Position numbers and translations under genes: made by a program
The notes under the pieces: generated by a model
The model's input: only the letters and a program-made list of their open reading frames with translations
What the model was told of the DNA's origin: nothing
Database searches by the model: none
Part shown: one piece after another, positions 13,298 to 25,500 of the stretch
How the letters are laid out: each line of letters starts with the position of its first letter
Position numbering within the stretch: the first letter of the stretch is position 1
Source: Intoshia linei
Taxonomy: Eukaryota; Animalia; Orthonectida
DNA: 38,666 nucleotides
Reading direction: 5' to 3'
Assembly (NCBI GenBank): GCA_001642005.1
Contig: LWCA01000225.1
Coordinates: forward strand, 1 to 38,666

Positions 13298-15118
13298 AGT
13301 AAGTTAATTTAGTTTAATGTTAATTGAAGTGTAATTTTATGTATGAAAACACAATATCCTTGTTTGGTGTAGTATATTTTAAAAATGTATCTTTTGTAGC
13401 CGTAAACTTATCCAATACTCCATAACTTTTACATGAGAATCACTGGTAGACACGATTAGAATTCTTGGATACGAGTATATTGAAAAAAAGACATTAGTAA
13501 AATACAAGACTCAATTAAAAATCAGTGATCTCATTAAAATGACAATAGTCAATTGTATTCAACAATCTCTTAGCATTATGTTATTTCTTAATCATATTTA
13601 CTTTCTTATGTAAACTTGTCAATTGTAAATAAATTGGTAGTGTGTGAAATTTAAAATTATTATTCCATGACCTAATTTTATACCTATTCAATGCATACGG
13701 ATGTATGTATCCTAAAATGTACATTATTTCATCTTTAATCAATTAGTACAGAGTCTGGACTGCACAGACGTGTGTTTTACATTATTATAATTAGTGATTT
13801 TTCTAATACAAACTTAATGAAGGTTTGATAATTTTTCCTAGCAATACTAGTTGTCTTTGACTGTTAACTAAAATAAAATTGTTAAACTAATTTTGGACAT
13901 TATTTACTAATTATTATAATAATTTTACTTTTATTATGTAATAAAGGTCTTATTTAACAGAATTTTAGGAATTTAGATAATTTTTTACTATTTTACTTTT
14001 TTTAATAACAATTTTTTATTTAACTTTGCATATTTAACTAGTGATTGTGATTTCCCGGGAAATTTAATTTTTAATTTCTCGGGAAAAATAAATAAAACTT
14101 ATTCATGTATAATATAGAAGCATTAAAAATTTTAGAGACCTTAATTAATTTTAGAAACAAAAAAAAATTTAATTAATGAAATAACACGAATCTAGATTGA
14201 AAGTTACTTATTTTAGATTGTTGAAAAAGTGTTTCAAAACACACATAATATTAATAGATTCGTCTTTTAAACGCGTTCTACGTTTTGTAACGAAATTAGA
14301 AGCAGTATAGAAATTTCTTTCACTTTGTGTTGACGTTGGTTGAACGGACTACCTTTCTGGACTGGTCTACGGAACATTTTTTAAAATAAAATTTTAATAG
14401 CTTTATCTTTAATAATTTTATACAAAATTTAGTTTGAAATTCATGAATTTAATAAGTATTATACATAACGTATGTAATATATAAAGAAATTATAAAATAA
14501 GTTTATTTTGATAATAAATCTTTAATAATGGGCGATATCGCCCAGGTTGAGAATCTCTGGTTTAACGCAACTCAAATAAAAATCTTAGTAGAATAAAATT
14601 TTAAATTAATTTATTTTTCTCTAAAATGCACCATTTACACGTTAATCGTCGTTGACTCTTTGATAGGCTTGACACCCCAATGAGGATTGATGTATAAATA
14701 AATGTGTGTAGTTATAATCAAAGTTGAAATAATTACAGATATGATTACAGTGATGATAATAATTTAATTTACAATAGTTGAAATATTAAATATATTTCTG
14801 ATAAATGTAATAATTTTATGAGGTAGTGGAGTTGAAATTAGCATCCAAGTGAAAATTCAATACGAAATTAAATATCACAAGAGAAATCTAAAATGGACCA
14901 TTAAAATAAAATATAAATTTAATTGAGTCACTTCTCTCATCAATTGTATAGGTTTATACATAAACGAAATATATGCATTTAAAAAAAATTAATATTTGTT
15001 TAAAAATTACACTAAACCATGGTTTAAACTACAAATCACTTAAAAAGTAATTATACCAATTAAAAGCCAATACATAATATCGTTATATATTGAACATGTG
15101 TATTAAAAAGTATATTAC

Positions 15119-16120
15119 CTAATCGAAACCATTGTAAAAATTGTCCACTCGAATAATTTTATTGAACTTTAATTTTTTAGATTGAGAATTGATAAAATTA
15201 GATTTTTTGATAATTTTAATAGTATTACGAATATAATTTCCCAAAAAAATATACTCGGATTCTATGGATGTGTTTATAATACTAATGGATCCCATATCTA
15301 TAAACTCGTAAACAGAACGTACTTTATATGTTGGTGAAAATTCTACACAATACACGAAACAATTTTCAGTACCAATAAAAGCCACGTCATAATCAAAAAC
15401 GGCTGTATTAATTTCAATATCCATTTTTTTTTTACGTCTAGACTCTAATCCATATTTAGTTGACAATGATTTAATATTTGATAAATCGTAAAGATATAAA
15501 TTTTTCAAGCCACAACAAACAACAGATTCTGTATAATCATCACAACTAAAAACATTGACAATATCGTCATCCACCAACTCATTGCTCTGGGATAATAATT
15601 TTCCAGTTCGCAAATCATGTTTATATAAATTACCTCCCAAAGACGATGATAATAAAATATTATCATCAATCATATTCAAACTAGTTATTGTATCCTGACA
15701 TTCATGGCATTTTATAATGTGTTTATTTTGATTGAAATTATTTACGTCCCATACATAAATCTGACCTTCATCACCTCCAGAAATCAATTTGTTATTGGTA
15801 CAATTTAGAATGTTTATTGGATATTTTATTCTACGCCTTTTATATACTGAACCATTTTTATCAACTTTTACAATTTCTCCAATGGAGGATGCAGCAAAAT
15901 ATGCATTTTCTGAACATGTAATGCTTCTTATATTATTATTACACACTTTGAAATCGTTTTCGGCATTGATGGAGCAATTTTCGGTTATTTCGTTATTTAA
16001 ATAATCTAATCTTGTAGCATGCACTCGCCCTTTGTTGTCACCGATGACAATGTATTTGTCACTTGAAAAAATACTTGAGATTGTTCGTGTGGAAGGTAGT
16101 TTCAATTCAATGCAATCCAT
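15119..16120 (-). CDS. WDR55: WD40-repeat protein, WDR55-like, single exon, 333 aa
   Basis: WD-like repeats (IVIGDNKGRVH; LISGGDEGQIYVWD; HECQDTITSL..LLSSSLGGNLYKHD..GKLLSQS) and a C-terminal DNFYNGFD resembling the DxFFxGL tail of WDR55. Confidence 0.72.
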   Translation of the reverse strand: MDCIELKLPSTRTISSIFSSDKYIVIGDNKGRVHATRLDYLNNEITENCSINAENDFKVCNNNIRSITCSENAYFAASSIGEIVKVDKNGSVYKRRRIKYPINILNCTNNKLISGGDEGQIYVWDVNNFNQNKHIIKCHECQDTITSLNMIDDNILLSSSLGGNLYKHDLRTGKLLSQSNELVDDDIVNVFSCDDYTESVVCCGLKNLYLYDLSNIKSLSTKYGLESRRKKKMDIEINTAVFDYDVAFIGTENCFVYCVEFSPTYKVRSVYEFIDMGSISIINTSIESEYIFLGNYIRNTIKIIKKSNFINSQSKKLKFNKIIRVDNFYNGFD

Positions 16121-16271
16121 TTTAAATTAATGTGAACGATAATATATATTTTTAATTTTAAAGTAAAAATACACAAGTTTTTACATCAACCGATTTAAGT
16201 TAGTTAGGTTAGTTTTTAACCCCGTTCACTGTATGAGAATTATAAATAATTCTCATATGTATTATGTATAT

Positions 16272-16981
16272 AGGGGTTGTCGTGAAAAATTTTATGCCTA
16301 TCAAAATTTTCGTGTTCGTTCACAATATCGTATATCACATGATCGTAAATCAAAAGATCGTATTTATTTTGTTTAAGTTTAAATTAAATAATTCATTAAC
16401 TAGTTTATTTAATTTAGACTACAAACCCAAGTTAAAATTGAAATATTTAGATACCATATTATACCCACAAACCATATTACAAAAAAAAATGAAAATATTC
16501 TAGTGTTCACACCTGATAATATTTTTTATCCAATTCAATTTACTATATTTAGTTTAGTTATGAAGTTTATTATTTACGATCTTTTGATTTACGATCAAAA
16601 AATTACGATCATGTGATTTTAAGATTTTTTGATTTAGGATCATTTGATTTACGATTATGTGATTTAAGATCTTTTGATAGTGCGCCCAAAATTTTATACC
16701 TACCAATTGAACGATAATTGAGATCAATATAGAAACAGCATTAACTAACAAAACAAAGTAATTGAGCAGTGTGTTTTAAGCCAGATTAATTTTAAGTTAA
16801 ATAACAGCGTGCAAAATGAACGAAATTGTGTATTATTATAAGCCAAAATTAATGTAGGTTACATTTCATCTTGAAAAATAATTGAATTTTGCATTATTAT
16901 AAGCCAAAATTATACTATACTTTTTTAGTCACAAATATTAACTAAAATTAAATCGGTAGGTATAAAATTTTTCACGACGGG
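16272..16981. mobile_element. Foldback/MITE-like element with internal 15-bp repeats, upstream of WDR55
   Basis: GTCGTGAAAAATTTTATGCCTATC (about 16279) is inverted relative to GGTAGGTATAAAATTTTTCACGAC (about 16955). Tandem ACGATCTTTTGATTT-like units at 16575-16680 are inverted relative to 16320-16362. Confidence 0.6.
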
Positions 16982-17437
16982 TATAAATGAAATAAAAATG
17001 TAACTTTTGTAACTTTATCAAATTTTGATTAGCTAATTAATATGCATAATATTAATATCATCATGCTTGTAATTTCATGCCGATAAACATAACAAAAATT
17101 AACTTAATTAACTTTTGACCGCCCTAGTTATGATAAACATAAATGGATTATTAAATATTATCTATAATTCGGCTTTTCAAAATTTTTTTTTTATGTAATA
17201 CTATAAATGTTTTAAAACACTAATGTATAAATATAATGTAATTAACTTTTAATTTTGTTATTTATTTTAACACCCACTCTCAATTGTAGAAAGTACACAT
17301 TTAAGGCAAAGTACTATTTGTACAATGTAAATAAATTTCAAATATTGATAGTCTTTTTCGTCGAATCTCTAAATTTAGTGAAATTCTGATAATAATAAAA
17401 TTATTAACAAATTTTTTTTAATTATAATAATATATAA

Positions 17438-18076
17438 TTAGGTTAACTGTTATGTACTACGTACAAACAGCACCTAGCTCTGCCGACGGAACATTTTTAT
17501 TATACTTAAAAAATAAATTAAAGTTGAAAATCCAACTTAAAAATCCTACTATTCACCATTGTCAATCCTATAAAGGAGTGGTTTCCAAACTTTTTTCAGT
17601 TGGAACCATCATATCACATTACTTTTCACTTTGAAGTGAATTATTCTATCTTAATTTTTTGTTTGTTAACATTTGCGTAAAAAATTTTAAAAACAATTGT
17701 TATCCCATTTTTTTAATTTATTAGACAGAATGTGTGTATAATATTAAAAATAAAATAAAATCAGTTCAATTCTAAAAATTGTCATAAATAGCATAAATTC
17801 CAGAAAAAATAAAATTATAAAAACCTTATAAATATTCAGTATTAATTTAATAAATAATTAACAGAATCTTCACTTTATAAACATATTTATACATACCTGA
17901 AGTTACATTTTTTTTAAATTTAAATTTATGATTTTAAAATCCGTATCAGAATATATATTTTTTTAAAATCTCGAACTCGTTTGATTTTCAAAAAAAAGAC
18001 AATTGGGCTTTTTGACCCGTAAGATGTGAGATGCTAACCCCGGAAAAAACTGTAGTTGAAATGTGGAAAGTAAGGA
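17438..18076 (-). mobile_element. Non-autonomous Helitron-like element, internally deleted copy with both ends
   Basis: On the - strand it starts A|TCCTTAC and ends with the hairpin CTGTTTGTAC-GTA-GTACATAACAG followed by CTAA|T. It has no TIR or TSD, and its body matches the other copies. Confidence 0.7.
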
Positions 18077-18260
18077 TTATAATATTTAATCATTAAAAAA
18101 TTTTCAGTTATGAAAGTGCATCTAAAAATGTGTTAAAATCGACAAAAATTAAAAAAAGCATTAAACTATTAGTATTCAGTATAAAGGATTAAACAATGTT
18201 TAGGTGAAAAGAAATAATTTAATTAATACAAATAATAACTATATGACAAAGTATGTACAT

Positions 18261-18988
18261 TTAAACTCCAAGATAAGAAAGAGGTATATATAATATATCC
18301 TGATTGATTTCAATAGGACAACTGTTTTGTGTTTCACGAATTGTGTCGTGGCGTAAATGGTATTTAATAATTTTTAAATTGAAACGAGATTTAATGTGAT
18401 CGAGATCGGAAGCTTGCTTATATAACTGCGCAGCCTAAAAAAATGTAAATAAAATAAACCAATAAAAAAACAAACCTTTTTAAGATCAATACTGACACCT
18501 CTTCCAAAATGGTAACACAGAGCTTTATTATAGATGGCGGATTTAAAGTGTGGATCACAAACCAAACATTTATTCCAATTATTGAACGCTTCAAAGAATT
18601 TTTTTTGTTTTGCAGATTCATATGCATAGTGGTTATAAATAACAGATTCAACGGTGTTCGTAAGTTTGTTCCAAATATTATCATGAGATGGTTTGATTTT
18701 AATTAAAGTTGGACATTTTATATTTTTTTTGAGTAAATCTCCATCAGGAACAAAGTGATTCACACTCTTAAAATTTTTAACAGACTTTTCACATTTTTTG
18801 ACTGATTGAGGATTTAATGCATTCAAGCCCAAATCTGAAAAATTAACATTAATGTTGCTGAATGTAAATTGTGAAGAATGAGAGAGAAATTGACTTATTA
18901 ATATGAGATTAATTATATACGACACTGCATCTTCCGTACTTTCATTGCTCCCATTAAGTGAACTGATAAATCTCCTTAAATGTAACAT
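18261..18988 (-). CDS. DELE1: Sel1-like repeat protein resembling DELE1 (short, about 228 aa)
   Basis: Exons 18988-18476 and 18434-18261 (41-bp intron) give YNHYAYESAKQKKFFEAFNNWNK...KSAIYNKALCYHFGRGVSIDLKK|AAQLYKQASDLDHIKSRFNL, matching the DELE1 pattern AQYNxGLCxExGRGxxxDxxKAxxYYQxAA. The N-terminus MLHLRRFISSL looks like a mitochondrial presequence. Further in-frame upstream exons (19047-19158 and beyond) are possible. Confidence 0.6.
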
Positions 18989-20637
18989 GAAAGAGACAAA
19001 TGCGCCCTAATAAAAATTGTAAAAATATATAATAAAAAAAATATACAATCAGCACAGCTTCCATTTTATAAGTTTTCCTTACAGATAAATTGTGAGATTT
19101 TTCAATTGCATTCAATTTTGTAAAATTCTCGTCCATTTTCAATATAGCTTGAATCGTCCTGAAATTTATTATATATTTTTCAAGTGAAAATACTTTTGAT
19201 GGAAAAATTGAGTGTTTATTGTATTTCCGTTGTAGTTTCTTCCAAATGTCTTTATATTAGGTAGATAACAAGTGCGTAGATTGTTGAAATTTTTAACTAT
19301 ATGAATTTATAAACTATAGTTTATATATATAATTTGCTAAAATGTTTATAAATTATATAATGAGGCCATATAATCAATAGAAACAGAAAATGAATTTATT
19401 TGTATAGATAGTATCAATAGCTAAAACACGTAGATTCATTTCCATAAATACAGAATTAGTTAATTAATAAATTTGATATCTTTGCATAGATTTACTTTTA
19501 ATATGACACATTTTAGTCTGTTTCAATTTTTCTAGTGAAATGTAGTCAAATATATTTTCTTGGCAATATGTTTGTATAAATTATAATGTCAGTGATATAT
19601 GATTGATATTCAAATATTGAAATTCAGGAACTTACTATTTTATGTGTACTTTATTGTATAAATATTTACCTATCCGTAAAAACCAAATCATTGTGGTAAA
19701 CTATTTATGTTTTTTAAAAGTTAAGTGCTCAATTTCAAAAATTAATTTATTTCAGTTTCTATAACGTTTATGTTTGTTTTACGGCATAATTTACCGAAAA
19801 TTTTAATCGTGAATGTTTGGCTATAATTTGTATCAATTGACAAATTGACAGTATAAAACTGGATACAGTAGCGACACATTAAGTCAAACTCAATTAAATT
19901 TCATACTAATTGTAGCGTTGCTATAGTATCACAATACAAGAACGATAAAGTTATTATAAACAAAGTACAATAATAACGATATTAACACTTGAACGATAAT
20001 CACATTTATATACCACAAGCTTTATTATTAAAATAAATTTTTTCCTATAAATTTATACTTTAAAATACAATTTATATTCCTCTTTTATTCGGATATCACT
20101 ACACTAATTATATCTAACATTAATCTTAAATTACAAATTATTAAAACAATTGACATAAAACTGATAAAAACAAAACTGATGAGAAAATACTGATAATACG
20201 AATTACTGATAAAACGATTACTAATGAAATAACTTTATTATGAAATGATGCTGATGACTAGGGCAATTTTTTATTGATTTATAGAATAACAAAAAAACTG
20301 ACCTAAAAATGAAATTTACTGACTTTATCTGACCTTTGTGTGTTTCTATGGTTAATACCAACTGAATCTACCGTACCCAAACCTTCCTTTCATAGGCCTT
20401 AAATTAAATGAATACAATATTTAATACACCTTAATTTTAATATTTTCATATGTCCCGATCATGATGGTGTCGGTCACTTTACATAATAAATTAATATGAA
20501 TAAAACTTAAAATAAGGAATATTTATGCGTGTAATAATAAATATGAATAACAAGAAACTGCAAATAAAACAAACGATGTAAATCTCTTTGTGTAATGTTA
20601 GAGATGTTGAAAATTATTAATGTTTATTGTAGTATAA

Positions 20638-21185
20638 CAGTGATGGCAGCCAACTAAAACTAGCATGTTAAATATAATACTATTTTGAAAAATTTTTTTT
20701 AGTGTTTTTATTGAAAAAATAATTTTTACATTTATTCAGATTTAAAAAATTGAGCTGCAAGTTTTCAATAGGATATTCATAACTTGTTAATTAACGCTAC
20801 ACAAGCCAAACTAGTTTCATCGTGAAATCTATTCCTTTTATGATTGTTGACATTATACAATGTGGAAAATAACAATTCACAAGAATATGTAGATGAAAAT
20901 ATTAATATAGATTTAGCTAGACATTTCAGACTATTAAATGTTTCAAGCATAGAATTCCAAACTTCTAATAACATATTTGATTGGTCAAAGTAGGTAACAT
21001 CTTCAAATGATTTTGTAAGTCTATTTTGTTCTACAATGTATTACCTCAATTTCTGATCTTACATATTTTAGTAATATTTTTTATTTGAAGTGAACTTACA
21101 TATATTTTTATATATTTTTTCAAGTGTGTAAAAAAAATGTCAAGTCTGTATTTTTTACACGCAAACACGTACTTTGCCATCACTG
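20638..21185 (-). mobile_element. hAT (Buster/SPIN-like) DNA transposon, internally deleted, with a transposase C-terminal remnant
   Basis: 11-bp TIRs CAGTGATGGCA...TGCCATCACTG and a perfect 8-bp TSD TAGTATAA (20630-20637 and 21186-21193) with central TA. ORF 20777-20974 (WNSMLETFNSLKCLAKSILIFSSTYSCELLFSTLYNVNNHKRNRF) is a hAT dimerisation-domain remnant. Confidence 0.9.
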
Positions 21186-21483
21186 TAGTATAACATAATA
21201 TACTTCTTAACATTATCTGGTAAAAATTGTTTGTTTAGTTAAAATTTTTTTAACAAACTGAAACTACGTTCAACACTATTCGTGGTAGATGGCGCTTTTC
21301 TTAATAAATTGTATAGATAAGGTGGTATTTGTTCAATTTTATTGTTCATTATATCATAAATATCATTTTTTTAAGTCGAATATCTTTTAAAAAAAATATT
21401 GACTATATGGCATTTAAAAAAAACTTACTTTATGGCATTTATTGACTTTAAAATTGTTATTTAGCTAATTAATAAACATAATA

Positions 21484-22284
21484 CAGTGTATTTATATGTT
21501 TTTGCACTTTGCAGAAAAGTTTTTGCACTGTATTGAAAAATATTATAAAATACATTTATTGTAAACTAAAAACTAGAACTAAAGAATAACGTTAATAAAT
21601 AATTTAATTTACAATTTTAGTCGGTAATTTTTTCTAATAAAATTGACCTTCGTATGTATTTTTTCATGTTTCGCCAATAGCCATCACAATCGCTTTGAGT
21701 AATTGTTAAAAAACCATTTTGGATACTTTCGAAAAGTAGTGCCTCAGTGGTGTTTCTATTTCTACAAACTGATTCTTTCCATTTACTAAATACGTTCTCT
21801 ATAGGGTTTAAAAATGGAGAGTAGGGTGCTAAAAATTCAATTCTGTGACCAGAATTTACAATTAAATTGACAATATCAACCATCTTATGAAATCGTACAT
21901 TATCCATTAGGAATGTACAATTTATTTTTTTTTCAAGTAATTTGGCCATAAAATTAGTTAAAAAAGTATTCAATTTACTTCCGTTGTAAGAACCCACTGT
22001 GGTTCATAATATTCCATTCCATATTTATTATATACACCACAAATAGAAATATTTTTTGATCTTAAACTGGTGTTTTACTAATTAATGCTTTATCTCTCTT
22101 ACACCTCATACTGATGTTAAATCCAACTTCACTAATGAAATATATAGAACTATCGGTTTTTTCAATTAAGAGTTGTTTAAACATGTCGGCAAAATGTATA
22201 TTAGTTAAAATTTCATCATAATTGACAAAACAATAAAGTGCAAAAACTTTTCTGTAAAATGCAAAAACAAATATAAATACCCTG
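21484..22284 (-). mobile_element. Tc1/mariner/IS630-type DD34E transposon, truncated and defective
   Basis: About 50-bp imperfect TIRs (CAGTGTATTTATATGTTTTTGCACTTTGCAGAAAAGTTTTTGCAC) with TA on both flanks. ORF 21617-21997 has MDNVRFHK and LAPYSPFLNPIE with 34 residues between D and E. An upstream frameshifted remnant reads IYFISEVGFNISMR. Confidence 0.9.
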
Positions 22285-22504
22285 TATTGATATCATAATG
22301 CTTGTAATTTCATGCGGATTATATCATAAAAAATGGCATTTTGCCATAAAAAAACTGCCCTACTAATAACACGATTACTGATAATGTGAATAAGCACGAA
22401 AATTAAGTTACTACATAGTAATGATTCATGAATCATGAGAGATTCGAATCGCATCGCATTATTACGATTCATATTGGAAGCACTAATTACTATTCATATA
22501 TTTA

Positions 22505-25500
22505 TTAATCATCCATACAAACTGTGCAACACTTAATTCTAATCTTGTGTATATGACATAAATCATTTTCTTTTGCTTTTCTGCAAGACGTTGAAATACT
22601 TTTAGAATCTTCTATAATTGTCAAGACATAATCTAAGTCGTCCAAACAATCTAAAAATTTACGAATCAGTAATTGTAAGTATAATGTATACGCATTCCGG
22701 GTGAAAAATAATTTTTAATTTATTATCAAGGAATATTTTTCAAATTTTTGATTAAAATTAACAAAGAAAATACAAATAATCATCCTAGAATTTCAAAACA
22801 TATCCAATAAAGAAATATGGGTGAAAATCTATATAATTGATTCCTTCGGATTTTTTTTCATTCTCAATTACTCATTTTCAAAGAATGTATAATACATTTG
22901 TACTTTGTTCAAAGTTTTGTATAAAACTATAATAACGAAGTACAAAGTACAACATAGTTACTATCATTTTTATATTTATTTTCATATTTTTTATTCATCG
23001 AAAGTACATACTGAATATACACTGCGTTCCAAGTTATTATGCAAACATTAAAAACATTAATAATTTAAAAAGTAGTTACTTAATTCTATTAATTTTGTTT
23101 TATCATATTTATATATTCAATTAATAATACTTTAACGTCTCAATAAAAATGTAATGTATTCCAAAAATATCGGTTTATTTTTTCTGGAATTGAAGTTATT
23201 ATGACAATTTTTAGCACTTAATTTTAGGAATTAATTAAAAAATTAATAGTGTTTTGACTTTATTTTTGAGATTATTCTCTAATAAATTAAATACAGGAAT
23301 CACAAAATTGCTTTTAAAGGACTTTACACAAATAAAATTAAGTGGCAATAATTCACTTTAAATTAAAATGTAATGTCAAATTCAAATTTAGGAACCACCC
23401 ATTTACTGGATTGATAATAGTGAGTGTAGCATTTTTAAGCGACATTTTATTATTGAATTTATTTTTTTTCGTTAAATTAAAAAAGTTCGATCTCGGCAGA
23501 GCTAGGATGCTGTTTGTACGTAGTACAAAACAGTCAAGTTAGTCAAGAATAAAATTATTTGAAAATTTTATAAAATATTGATTCAATTATTAATTGGCTT
23601 AATATTGAAATTATGATAATCGGATTAATTTTCGAAATTTATCTGTAAAATTTTAACTTTTTAGACTTAAGTTATGTCTAAACCTAATTGTTATCATCGA
23701 ACAATTGTCATATAAATAAATTTAAAATACCGCATAAATTGCAAGTATATTTGCAATATTTCAGCATACTCTCCATCATATTTGAAGTTTTACAATATTT
23801 CTTGTATTTATTACATTCCTTTCTATCATCGCTGCACTCTGAATAAATAAATTTAAAATATGACTATAGTTATTGCCTATCATAAGATGTACAAATCAAG
23901 TTTATATCGAATATTATAATAATTATGAATATTTGATATCGATTTTACCCGAAATAGTAGGTACTGAAGTATAAAATTAATATATAATTAATCAATTTAA
24001 CTGAAAGTGTTTTCGATAAGAGTAATAATTTTACAAATACAATGACTCCATATAATCAGACTTTATATAAGTCAATCAATTAAATGTACTTATATAGAGT
24101 TTTCACTTTAGTTACATAATATTAATAAACTCTAAATGACTTTCACGTAATCCTTACTTTATAAAGTAAAATGGTTAAAAATGTATGTCTGTTTATTTAT
24201 TTGATCGAGTTTATTTAAGAAAGTAAGGAGAGTTGAGTTTTACAAATTCCATATTCTTATAATCGTTTTTCATGTGATCAAACAGTATTTTTCAAATTTC
24301 GATTAAAATAAAAATATTAATCTCTACAATTTCAAAAAAAATGTGCATTGAACGTCTACACATTTTTAATAAAGAAATATGGGTGAAAATCTATATAATT
24401 CATTTCTTCGGAATTTTTTTCATTGCTACGCCATTTTTAAATCTCAAATTCTCATTTCCAAAACATGTGATATTCATATTTTTAATTATTTATTAAATTG
24501 GTACTGAATAAATATCATCATGTTGAAAATGATAAAATAGGTTTTTATAATTTTATTTTTATTATAACAAAATTAAGATGAAATAATTCACTTTAAAGTA
24601 AAAAGTAATGTGATATAACGGTTCCACCTGAAATAAGTTTGGGAACCACTCCTTGAAAAGATTGATATTAAGTGTTTTCGTTTTTCATGACGATTTTTAA
24701 GAGTTGAAAGTATAATTTCATTATTTTTAAGATTATACATACTGGATTCATATTCATTTTAATTCACATAATTTTAAATATTTTAAATTAAACTTATTGA
24801 TATTTAATATTTAATTTGAACTTGAATTTATTAATATATTTTATTATTATTAATATTATTTCAGAAATCTTTGATTCATTTACATAGTTGTCAATTGTAG
24901 GCATTATTAGTAAAGTTTATCAATTATTTGCATGTGTACGCTGTTAAATTAACACCCTGTATTAAGACTCATTGTTTAATAAATTGAAAAAGTCGACCTT
25001 GTTAAAGTCTTAAAGCTTTTAATAAACAGTTATGGCAAGTTAGAGAATGGAAATTTGTAGAACAAACTGTTAACATTTCTATACTTTAGCATAAAAACAT
25101 ATGGCGAGTTACATAATGGCGACTTATTAAGAGATTAATGTATTCAAAATAACGATTTGCAATATAATAAACACGTACTGGTCAGTGTGAGTACCAAGCT
25201 ATCGTTTACCAAGTTAGTATTATCTGTTCCATTTTCATCTAATAAATTTAAAAAAAAAAAATTATAGTATTACCGCAAAAGTTACATGTCTTTTTACAAT
25301 ACTTCTCCATTCTATCGCGCATCTTTTTGTCTTTACAATATCTTTGAAATGTATCACAATTATCGATATTATCAACGCAGTTTACGTCGGTAGGTTTCAA
25401 ATTCTTTGAATCCAATGTTTTTATTTCTTGAGTAATATATAAAATCAATAAACAATTTTTTACCACATAGTCCACATGTTTTTTTACATTTTATTCTAAT

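Larger units (their letters stand above)
20261..22360. mobile_element. Putative TA-flanked host element with short GGGCA-type TIRs, containing the hAT and Tc1 insertions
   Basis: Left end TA|GGGCAATTTTTT and right end AAAAAACTGCCC|TA. Both outer flanks carry the same ACGATTACTGATAA-like short repeats. Internal sequence matches 17029-17125. Confidence 0.45.

Noticed and set aside
16575-16680. Periodic short repeats that superficially resemble a CRISPR array
   Set aside because: 15-bp tandem units without unique spacers, no cas genes, eukaryotic context; they are internal repeats of a foldback element.
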